DNA of 64,000 bases, taken from contig JBHGNT010000015.1 of the NCBI GenBank assembly GCA_043228905.1, positions 6,944,001-7,008,000 on the forward strand, in the 5' to 3' direction. A program made the translations under genes and the position numbers. Below the pieces are notes generated by a model. That model saw only the letters and a program-made list of their open reading frames with translations. It was not told the origin of the DNA and did no database searches. Positions 46,867 through 57,600 of the stretch are shown here, one piece after another; positions within the stretch are counted from its first letter, which is position 1; each line of letters opens with the position of its first letter. Origin of the DNA: Azolla caroliniana. Its lineage: Eukaryota; Plantae; Polypodiophyta.

Positions 46867-48575
46867 ATCGACCATTTCTTTGTATTACCTTTTAAGTTTC
46901 TTAATATGAATTACTTTTTAGTGTTTCTCTCTCTCTCTCACTCTTTATTTCTAATTCTACCCCTCCCCTCATCTTTTATTTTTTCCTATTTTTTCAATTC
47001 TACCAAGCTCATACTTTTCCCTAATTCTCACCATACCCTCCCCTCGTTTTTTCTTATGATTAACTCTACCTCTCACTTTTCATTATTTTAGCATCCTGCC
47101 CCTACCCGTCTTTTCATTTTTTGTTTCTTCCTATTTTTCTACTCTATCTTAATACCCTCCCCCTCCCCCTCTCCCTCCCCCTCACCTTTCTTTTTTGTTT
47201 TAACTCTACCCCTGACTTTTATACTCTTACCCCTCCTCCTAACTTTAATATTTATTATTCTACCCCTCCCCCTCACCTTTCCTTTTTGTTTTAACTCTAC
47301 CCCTGACTTTTATACTCTTACCCCTCCTCCTAACTTTAATATTTATTATTCTACCCCTCCCCTTATTTTTAGACTACCCCACTCCTCATCTTTCATAATT
47401 TCAGAATCTAACCTCTTACCCCTCCCCCTACTTTTCATAATTCTCACCTCTGCCCCCCCCCTAATTTTACATATTTTACTTGTACCCCTCCCCCTACTTT
47501 TACATAGTTTATCTCATGCCCCTCCTCACTTTCTCCCTATTTTATATTTATCCCACCCTAGCTTTTATGTCTTCCCCGTAGCCCTCCTTCCAAAATCATT
47601 TTTCTTCTAAATCTCACTTTAGCCTCCCCTCTTTTACTTTAATTTCATTCTACCTCTCCAACCTCTCTAAATTTTACTTCCCTACTCTTGCCCCTTTTTC
47701 TTATTTTCACCCTACCCCTCCCCCTTCTTTCTTCTAGAGTTTCACTCATACCCCTCCCCTTTTTTCTAGATTTTCATTTATACCCCTCCTATTTTTCTAT
47801 GATCACCGTACCCCTCCCACCTCTTTCCCTATTATTACTACACCCCTTCCTCTTTTAGTAATTTTATTCTACCCCTTGTCCCTTATTTCTAATTTTTGTT
47901 TCCTACCCCTCCCCACTTATTTCTAATTTTATTTCCTACCCCTCCCTTTCATTCTTCTAATTCTCACTCTACCCTTTCCTCCGTCAATTTGATTTCCACT
48001 CTAGCCCCCCTTTTCACTTCCTACCCCTCCCCTCCTACTTCTAAATTCATGCTTTCTAGCCTTCCCCTCTCATACCCCCATCCTTTTTTCAAAGATCTCT
48101 ATAAAATCTTTTCCTACCGACCACTATACATTACCCTCCCTAACTCCCACATCACACATTTTCAAATAACCCCATAAAATCTTTTAGCCCCCGCCAAATC
48201 CATCACTCCCCCCTAAACTCCCACACCATAAAATTTGAAACCTCTCTCTCACTCACTCACTCACTCTCTTATCCCTTTTCTTCCCAATATAAACCTCTCA
48301 AATTCTTAATGGTCATGTGCACTGATGAGCTTCTTTGGAGTGAAGCTAGTTTGCCACATCCACCATTTCTTTGTATTACCTTTTAAGTTTCTTAATATGA
48401 ATTAGTTTTTAGTGTTTCTCTCTCTCACTCTCTCTAAACTTTGTACATATGTATCTCTCTCTCTCTCTCTCCTTGACTCACATTTCTATTCTTTAACTCT
48501 CCCTCTCCCTCTCACATACACCCACCGATTGTATACCGCTCGCACTCCTTGTATCGACCTCATGATCTAAAACTC
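46865..48575 (+). mobile_element. Putative non-autonomous Penelope-like/retrozyme-like insertion
   Basis: About 85-bp direct repeats (46865-46945 and 48356-48435). G-poor pyrimidine-rich body. Hammerhead-like motif just before the second repeat. Flanking host segment duplicated. Confidence 0.5.
48315..48359 (+). ncRNA. Minimal type-I hammerhead ribozyme-like motif (degenerate)
   Basis: ATGTGCA-CTGATGA-GCTTC TTT GGAGT-GAAG-CTAG-TT-TGCCACAT: stem I, CUGAUGA core, stem II, GAA(A>G), palindromic stem III, GUU cleavage triplet. Confidence 0.55.
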
Positions 48576-50094
48576 CCGAGTTCCTTCATCGAAAAAATTT
48601 CTTGAAAGCTCTACATTAGTTTCCCAAATTCGGCTTGATTGCTCCCTACAATCAACATATCGTTGACATATAGGATCAGGTAGATCCGGGACTCGTCCAT
48701 GTTGAGCTTCTTTTGAGTGCTTTGCGTATTGTGCACATAACAGTCGGTTGTAGCCAACTTGGGTCTAAGTCTCCACAGTTGTAGTAGCTCGATTGATAGC
48801 CACGCAAGTAAGCATACCTATACGAAAATTTGGGGTTTTGCTAAGGTAGAGAACTTGTCTATACTACCATCTCCCTACCACAAGACCTTGAGCTAGATAC
48901 CGAAGGGACGAGTATCCAGCATCGTGCTACCCCAAGTTGGTAACAGTAAGAACTCAATGAAATTATGGCATTTAAAACTTGTTTACTGGATCCTATTCTA
49001 TATTAAACCACTAAAGCAACATATCGTACTAGAAATAGAAATTTCTAGAGAAATGGTTGAATATGGTTAAGAATTTCCACAAATAGTAGCATGGCCCACA
49101 AAAGTGAGAATCCAGAAGTGAAAGGGAAGTCTATAGTCATTACTTCTTTGTAACCATTATTTTGTCTTTCTTGATGTTCCTCTTCTAGCTATTAGTATGT
49201 ATTTATATCCTCATAATTGATGGCTTTGTCTTCTTTTGTTATGTTGTTAGCATGTGACGTTAACAGTGGAATTTGCTTAGATTCAAAGAGATGATCATCG
49301 TGTGGACGCATGAAGAACATAACTTTGATAACGACAAACATATAAAAGTCCCTGCAACTTGTTAGAAATCTAGTAAACTCAACTATGTGAACGGTCATTG
49401 CTTAGTAAAATGCGACATCACTAAACTTTTCACTTGAGTATACAACTACTTGTCCGCGACTCGTAATGAAGAAGAGACATGGAATCGAAAGTAAATTTTG
49501 AATTTAACTTCCACATGAACTTTAGTTGGAGCAGTACATAAATAAAGCATTGGAGAGTGGTATATTACTGTCAATTTGTTTTTTTGTATTTTGTAGGCTC
49601 GTATTGGGAATGCATACTTTAGGTTTACATACACCCACTTAGCTTAATATAGTTCATCTTGTTTCCTAGTCTCGTAAGACTTCTTTTGAGTATAGTGTGA
49701 GTTTAAAAGTGTTCATTATTCATGAGGATACTAAGCTTACTAAGCTTAGAAAGCCCCCTCTAGTCTAGTTTTTGTATACATATTCATAAGTGTGAGTATG
49801 TTTCAAACAACAATATATAGATGCAAGATGTCCGTTTGAAACCCTAAACCCTATTCACCAAATTTGGTGAGTTATTGCTCGTTGGAAACGTGGGAAGTCT
49901 AGGTTTAGTGTTCAAATTTTCAAATGTTCAGCGATTTGTTCGAGAGAGAGAATGGAGTTTGAGAGCAGTGTGTTAGTTGTTTTCTGGGTGGGACGAAGGG
50001 TAGAGAACAAAGAAAATATTCATGATCTCCATTAACTACATTGATATCATTTATAAAATAACATCCTTGGGAATTCTCATACATGTGTCTAAGC

Positions 50095-51575
50095 CTATCT
50101 AGAGCATGGCGTGCTCGGGATGAACGCACCCTCACAATCTGTGTAGACCCCATAGGCAGCTGCGAGGTCAATGAGATCCTTGAGACGATAGTCCTCAATC
50201 CCCCCGGACGGTGTGAAGATGGCCATTGTTGATGGATGATACAGAATATCATCATTTACATTGTTTGATGCGGGTGGCACACTCAACACAAGCAACTCCG
50301 AGTACTGATTGTCATTGTTGGAGACACTATCGATTGCCATGATTTGCAAATCAATGGCATGTGCTGCATCTCTTGATCTCCCAACAGATGTGAGTTGCAA
50401 CCGGCCGCTTTTGTCTTTCAACCTGCCTTGTGCACCGAGCATTGGCATTTGCATCCTGCTCCTGTCGGCTACCAGATTGTGGGCGCCAATTTCTAGAGCT
50501 TGGCTTACATCTGGGTTGTGTATCAGCTGCATCAATTGTTCCACACGTGCTATCTGAGACAACAAACATGGTAATGTAAAGATAAAGATTCATCTACAGA
50601 ATTACTTGAAACCAAATTCATAACTGTTGAGTATATGTGTTGAACATAGAAACATAATAAATAAAGATATATATAGAATTTATGGAGTCTTTAAGTGAAA
50701 TGTGAGAATAATGTCAAAGAGTGTATACTAACCCTGTCAAGGGCTCGTTGCATCTGGACTTTGATCACCGATGCCGCCTCATTGATGGCTAAACTTGTGG
50801 TAGAGTCATTCATTTGTGATGCCTGCTCCGACACGGCAATCATCGTGGCCGTGAATGCTCGCGTGGTTGTGTTGGTGAGGTCGGCCACTTCCCTTAATCC
50901 CAAATTCCCAGCATCCCTAAGAGGTGCCAAGAAATGGGTGGAGAAGTTGGTGAGGCCCTCGCGGTAGAGATGGCTTCCCAATGTTCCGGCGACCGAAGAG
51001 AGAGTGTGAATGACATTCGCGATGCCATTCACACGTAGCACGAGCGTGGCGAGAGTAAGAGAGAGAGATGCCATTGCGGCCAATAGCTCTGGTGACTGTA
51101 AATCCGACGCAAGCCTAGTGAGGATGGCTTCAGCATCGGCCATCCTACTCTCCGTGTGGCACAGGTGGGCAAGATCCGAACACATGGAAGTAGATGAATC
51201 CACAATGGTCCATATGGCCTCCATCAAAGCCCTGTCCGACGTATAGCTTGTATTCAGCGATTGGACGCCTTCTAGATGTGCTACCCTTACCCTGTGCACA
51301 TCATGGTGGGGAGGTGTTGGGAATTGGAGATTGATGCAGGTGAGACCGGCCTCCAAATCCTTTTGGAAGGTGGAGGTCGCTCCTACCTGTCGGTATATTG
51401 CACGTCTTTTGTCATGCGGGCCGCTAAGCCTGGTTGAGTTGAATACGGGTGAATGATGAAGAAGATTCAGTCTAGAGGAGCTGAATCTACTGCAGAAATC
51501 CCGTTGGGCGATCACTAGGCCCCCCAAGTAGATGATGATTAATATTATAATGCATGGAAGAGGGAGGAGAGACAT
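50095..51575 (-). CDS. Two-exon host gene; secreted protein of unknown function, 433 aa (exons 51575-50733 and 50553-50095)
   Basis: Two stop-free ORFs joined in phase 0 by a 179-nt AT-rich intron (AGG|GTTAGT...TTGTTGTCTCAG|ATA). Hydrophobic N-terminal signal MSLLPLPCIIILIIIYLGGLVIA. Upstream TATA box. Confidence 0.8.
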
Positions 51576-51677
51576 GATGTATTTAGGGAGGGATAGATGG
51601 ATAGATCTCGTAAATGTCAAAAAAGTATATGTGGTATTAGATGATTCTGTGCTTATTTAGACCATGGTGGCTGCTGC

Positions 51678-51685
51678 TATTTATA
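51678..51685 (-). promoter_or_regulatory. TATA box of the secreted-protein gene
   Basis: CTATAAATAG on the minus strand, about 100 nt upstream of the ATG at 51575. Confidence 0.6.
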
Positions 51686-51738
51686 GAGAGTGGATGTGGA
51701 TGTGCAACTACACAGCTTTAGGAGTGGAATGGTTAACT

Positions 51739-51892
51739 TCTTCCGGGTAAACTCTCGTGCCCAACCATCCAATCTTTTTTTTCCGTATAAACTCTCATGG
51801 AGTTGCTTCTTCCGGGTAAACTCTCATGCCCGACCATCCAATCTTTTTTTTTCCGGGTAAACTCTCATGCCCAACCATCCAATCTTTTTTTT
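51739..51892. repeat. Short tandem repeat (3 full and 1 partial copy of a ~42-bp unit)
   Basis: TTCCGGGTAAACTCTCRTGCCCRACCATCCAATCTTTTTTT repeated. Confidence 0.9.
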
Positions 51893-51905
51893 CGTTTCAC
51901 TTACC

Positions 51906-51937
<32 letters not shown>

Positions 51938-51963
51938 TTATGGACGATAAAAATTCTAATTCT

Positions 51964-52015
<52 letters not shown>

Positions 52016-52498
52016 TTGGGATGGGGATTCTTGAGTTTCAATACAATCCAATGTTTGGCACAATACCCCCATGATTGCTGACTATCTGGACAAACCTCTT
52101 AGGTACACTCAGGTTTATCCTTGAAAAAAATCAAGAGAATACATCATGTTGCATGCATGACCCAGGAGCACAAGAGAACTATAAATTTTGAATTTCACAA
52201 ACGATAGGAATATGTACATCCATATTAAATCATGGAAGGAACTACAAGGCGAGGTTCAAGGAGAAATATGGCAGCAGCATGGAAGTGGTGGTATATATAT
52301 AAATATGTCAGTCATATGTATGTATGTGTGTGCATGTATGATGTACATGTATAGTGGTGGATGACGATGAGATAGTAGTAGAAGTAGGAGTAGGTAGTAT
52401 CAATGAATCAAGTAATTAATTAAGTATTGACAGAGAGGAGGAGGAAGGGGATGACGAATTCGTGGTGAGCGGACGATGAATGGGGGCGAGCCGACAAT

Positions 52499-52828
52499 CT
52501 ATGTGGTGGTTGTAAGTAAGCGGCGGCGGCGCCCTCTCCCCTGGGGTGGGAAGGAAATCAATTCTGAGGAGGAGGAGTCTTGTTGTTGTTGTTCTTCTTC
52601 TTCATCATCTTGGGCTTGGAAGTGGGCGATAGGGGTGGGAGGGGGGAGCTCGTTGTGGTGGGGGTCGGTATTGGCAGGACTTCCGGCGCAGTTCCAGCAG
52701 CTGCTGTCGTCGCCATTGTCGCCCGTCACAGGTATGCCGGACAACACGAGTGGCGTGACATGAGAGAATACGAAGAAGAATAGTAGGAGGAGAAGAAGAA
52801 GGCTGAATTTAGGGAATGTCGAGGCCAT
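52499..52828 (-). CDS. Small secreted peptide precursor (109 aa) with a CLE-like motif
   Basis: MASTFPKFSLLLLLLLFFFVFSHV signal peptide, then CWNC-AGSPANTDPHHN, an acidic tract and RRRRLL. Gene-like flanks. Confidence 0.7.
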   Translation of the reverse strand: MASTFPKFSLLLLLLLFFFVFSHVTPLVLSGIPVTGDNGDDSSCWNCAGSPANTDPHHNELPPPTPIAHFQAQDDEEEEQQQQDSSSSELISFPPQGRGRRRRLLTTTT

Positions 52829-53129
52829 CGTTAATTGCAACACTCGCGCAGCACCCAATGGAATGGAATTGAGTAATGAAATCGAATTGTGTTGCCGCTT
52901 TTGTAGTGCTGGCTCGGGTCGGCACTTCCGGAATTTGCTTTTTCTCCTGCCGCCTCTGACTCTCGACGTTCCTGGAGCAAGAAAAGCAGGTCCGTCGGAA
53001 TTTGCTTTTTTCCACCGCCTCTGATCCTTGCCGTCCCTCGACCAAGAACGCAGGTGTATCGGGTCGATGGGTGCATGTATGTATATATATATATATATTT
53101 CATGAACGAAGGTTGACACATACATATAT

Positions 53130-53165
<36 letters not shown>

Positions 53166-54619
53166 GTCTACGACCATGCCCATCCCATCCCGCAGACCAT
53201 ATATATGTTATGTAATGCATCCCATGTCCTTATGTCTATCGAGCATCTCTAGTAGCAGGGAGAGATCACTTGCACACAAGCCAATCCCTAGACACATCTC
53301 TCGTCTCATGCGAGTTTGAAAATAGCCTCTTTATCGTAATTTAATTTTCTTTAGCGGCAAAGAAAGTTAGACCACTAGCATTACGTGTTGGATCCGAATA
53401 CTGATTTTCTCATTTCTCTATGACATTGTGGATGCGATTGTGGAGTGTTGTGGTTGAACACATGACCTTCCAGTCTCCATTGGCCAACCTTACACGATGT
53501 ACCTCAAAGACACAACATTGTTTGCTTCCAACATATCTTGGAGCATCAATTCAACACTTTTTATCTCATCGCTAGTGTCACTACAAACCTTCAATTTACT
53601 TCTTATCTCGTCCTCTGTGTTACTACAAAGCTTCAATTTGATGCTTATAATGTCCTCAAGTAGGAATCTTTTAAGGCAGCTCAACAAGTTATGTGAGGGA
53701 GGTACAAGTCATCATCTTAAATCGTCTATAGTTTGGGAGTCAGCTCGTAGACTAAGTATTTGTATCCCAAACGAATCCTCCTTGTAAGTTCAAACTTGGT
53801 GCCGACACACTTGCAGCACTCGGCCTTTCCATTGATGAGGCAGAAAACCAGAGAAGAACCAGACGTCCTCGGGTGCCGGGTTTCAAAGCAACTCAACGTG
53901 ATGTGGAAGCAATATTGAAAATAAGGGAACGTGAGCTACGCCGCCTAAAAGCCATGGCTAGGGCACTCTCTACATTGGAACCCACATCAAGACCCTTTGA
54001 CCCCCCACTTCTTTTCGAGAGGCTTGGATGGAAATAAAATTAGGCTTAGTGTATAGTCACTTTCGAGTATACTACATATTGTACACTACTAGAACTCTTT
54101 TAGTTTAAGTTCTATTTTTTTTTACTTAATTTTATTTTAGTTATGATGATTGGATAAATACTGTATTGTTGTAAACCAATTGTCTCATGGGCCAAATTTG
54201 GCCTTAGAAGACGTTAATACATCTTTCTTTCTTTCTTTCTTTCTCACCCCTACTCTGTGTGTACCTAACAATTGTGCTTCCAAATAACCGAGTGTGTTCT
54301 CTCTATCTTTCACATACGCTTTTGCACACATATTTTGACGTGGAATACGCGGATTAATCTCCGGCCACAACCGAAGCGTAGATCACTTGATAACAATCAA
54401 AACACAGACGAAATGGGAATGGAGGTAAGTCGACAAAACAGAAAGAGAATACACAGGATATTAACGTGGAAAACCCTGAGAGAGAAAAACCATGGGAGTC
54501 CACAAACTCCAAACTATCACTTTGTAAAGTAATACAATAGGGAGCACAGAGGCAACGACCTCTTGCTCACAATCTTCGCCTAGTGGCGGTTACAACAGAG
54601 ACACAATCTCTGTATGTCG

Positions 54620-57600
54620 TGTTGCACACAGTGCTCGGCCACAACCGAGGAATAGGATCACCTCACAGAAAACAGGAAATATAAAATGCACGAAAACAAT
54701 AGAGAGAAGAGTACACAGGGTGTTTTACGTGGAAAACCCTAAATGGGAAAAACCACGGGAGTCCTCAAACTCCAACTATCACTATACACAGAGATGTACA
54801 ATGGTGAAGCTACAAGGCAACAACCTTGAGCTCACTGTCTTCGCCACAGGTGGCGGTAATGCACAAAGGCGTCGACCTCTTCCTCTCTCTCTCTCTCTCG
54901 GCTGCTCTCACTTCGCTCTCTCGGTTGAAAACATAAAAATGAGCAACAACATAAAACTGTTTGCCCTAAGTCATATTTATACACATATGACTTTCGGGCT
55001 ATTTACAAATATAGCCTCAAGGGCCCTTGGCAAACATATTCACAAATATGTCCCCGCATCCGGATCTCGCTCCGGGTACATTCATCATCCGGCTCCGTAG
55101 CCGGGGTCTTCATCATCCGGCTCCGTAGCTGGGACCGTAACCGTAACCGTAACCGTAACCGTAACCGTAACCATAATTCATCTCCGGACATCCCATTCGG
55201 AGGGACCGAAATCCCAACAAACTCCCCCTTCACTTCGGCATGGGATGTCTCTCCAATCCGATCCTCTTCCGGCATGCTTCCAGCTTGTCGGGTGTGAGTA
55301 CCTTGGTCAGCATATCCGACCCGTTCTCGTCCGTGTGGATCTTCGTCAGCACGAAATCCTTGTCTTCTATCCTTTCCCGGATCCAGTGGTATCTACGCTG
55401 GATGTGCTTCGTCCGGGAGTGATAGGCCGCATTCTTCGCAAGGTGGATGGCACTCTGACTGTCGCAGTGGAGTCGGTACTCCTCCTGCCGGATACCGAGC
55501 TCTCTAATGAAGTCCTTCATCCATATTATTTCCTTGCTGGCTTCAACAGCCGCCATGTACTCCGCCTCCGTAGTTGACAACGCAACCGTCTTCTGCAGCC
55601 TCGACTGCCACGAAACAGCTCCCCCTGCATACGTCATCACATACCCTGATGTGGACCGGCTGGTATCTGCATCAGCCGACATATCCGAATCGGTAAAGCC
55701 GTCGAGTTCGGGCTTACCGGAGCCGAATCGGAGGCACACGTTTGCCGTGCCCTTCAGGTATTAGAGTATCCACTTGACCGCGTTCCAGTGCTCTTTGCCG
55801 GGATTGCTCATGTACCGGCTCACCACTCCGACTGCATATCCTATGTCCGGTCTTGTACACACCATTGCGTACATCAAGCTTCCGACGGCAGAGGCATATG
55901 GTACTTTCATCATGTCCTCCTTCTCAGCCTTTGTCTTGGGGCTTTGCTTGCTGGACAGCTTGCAGTTGGCCGGGAGGGTTGACCCGACCGGTCTTGCTTC
56001 CGACATGTTGAACCGGTGAAACACCTTTGTCACGTACTTCTCCTGTGACAGCCACAACTGCTTCTTCTTCCGGTCCCGGATGATGTGCATCCCTAGTATT
56101 TGCCTCGCCGGACCCAGGTCCTTCATTGAGAAGGTTCGGTGAAGCGCTTTCTTCAGCATCCGTATCTTGACCTGGTCCCGTCCGATGATCAACATGTCGT
56201 CCACGTACAGGAGGAGTATTAGAAAGTCTCCTCCTTCGAACTTCTTCACAAACACGCAGTGATCGGACTGCGTTTTGTGGTACCCTTCGTCGGTCATGAA
56301 AGAGTCGAACTTCCGGTACCATTGCCGGGGAGCCTGCTTCAATCCGTAAAGGCTCTTCTTCAACCGGCATACCAGGTGCTCCTTCCCTTTCTTCTCGAAT
56401 CCTTCCGGTTGCTGCATGTAGATCTCTTCTTCGAGGTCACCGTGAAGGAATGCCGTCTTCACGTCCATCTGTTCTACCTCGAGGTCCATGCTTGCCGCTA
56501 TGCTCAGCACCGTCCGGATGGAGGTCATCTTCACTACCGGGGCAAATATCTCGTCGAAGTCGACGCCCTTCTTCTGCTGGAACCCCTTCACCACGATCCT
56601 GGCTTTGTATCTCGGGGGGTTTTCGGCATCTCCCGCTTTCAGCTTGAACACCCACTTGTTTCGCAGTGCCCGCTTTCCTTTCGACAACTCCACAAGTTCA
56701 TATGTGTGGTTCTCATGCAGGGAATCCATCTCCTCCTGCATGGCACTTAACCATCTGTGGCTATGGGTGTCAAGCTTTGCTTCTTCAAGACTCTCCGGCT
56801 CCCCCTCGTCGGTTAGCAGCACGTGCTCTGGTTCTGGAAATCTCCGGGGGGCCCTTCTCTCTCTTAGAGGATATCTCCGTTCCGGAGCTTCGGTAACCGG
56901 CTCCTCCGTTTCTTCTTCATCCGAATCCATTTCGGGATCGGGGCCGGTTCCGGTATCAGTTTCATCTTCCTCGGCCGGTTCTGTTTCTTCACCGTCTTCG
57001 GCCGGATTCTCGAGTGCTAACCGGTCCCTTGCCGGTCGGGACTGCTCCTCGTAGAGTTGATCCTCACTGGTCGACTTGGAACTCTTCATCTTCTTCTCCG
57101 ACTCCCAGTCGGCGAGTGTCTTGTCCTCCATGAAGATGATATCTCGACTCCTGAATATCTTCTTGTCGACCGGGTCCCATACTCGGTAGCCGAACTCGTC
57201 GTCGCCGTAACCGAGGAATATGCATGGCCGGGTCTTTGGATCTAACTTTCCTCTCCGGTCCTTAGCCACATGCACGTATGCGAGACACCCAAACACCTTC
57301 AGATGCCGGTAGGACACTTCCTTACCGGTCCACACTCTCTGTGGCGTGTCTCCATCCAGGGGTACTGAGGGTGATCTATTTATCACATATGTCGCCGTCG
57401 ACATTGCCTCAGCCCAAAACCCCTTGGGTAATTTCGCATGCGCCAGCATACTCCGGACCCTCTCCATTATGGTCCGGTTCATCCTCTCGGCCAGCCCGTT
57501 CAGTTCCGGCGTCTTCGGCACAGTAAACTCGAGCCGGATTCCCTTCGAGCGACAGTACTCCTTGAACTGCCCCCGGTATTCCCCTCCGTTATCCGCTCGT

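Noticed and set aside
49838-49853. Interstitial telomere
   Set aside because: Only about two AAACCCT units; common telo-box-like background.
52829-53220. Longer 220-aa and 129-aa ORFs starting in (GT)n
   Set aside because: Their N-termini are microsatellite translations; the ATG at 52828 before the signal peptide is the plausible start.
53490-53787. Short ORF with a KLKxCSxTxDEIxS duplication
   Set aside because: Too short, with no recognisable domain, start context or splice sites; probably a decayed repeat.
55761-55763. Programmed stop-codon readthrough in copia pol (also 6783 and 59205)
   Set aside because: The stops replace conserved Arg positions inside domains, consistent with C>T/G>A decay of methylated DNA.
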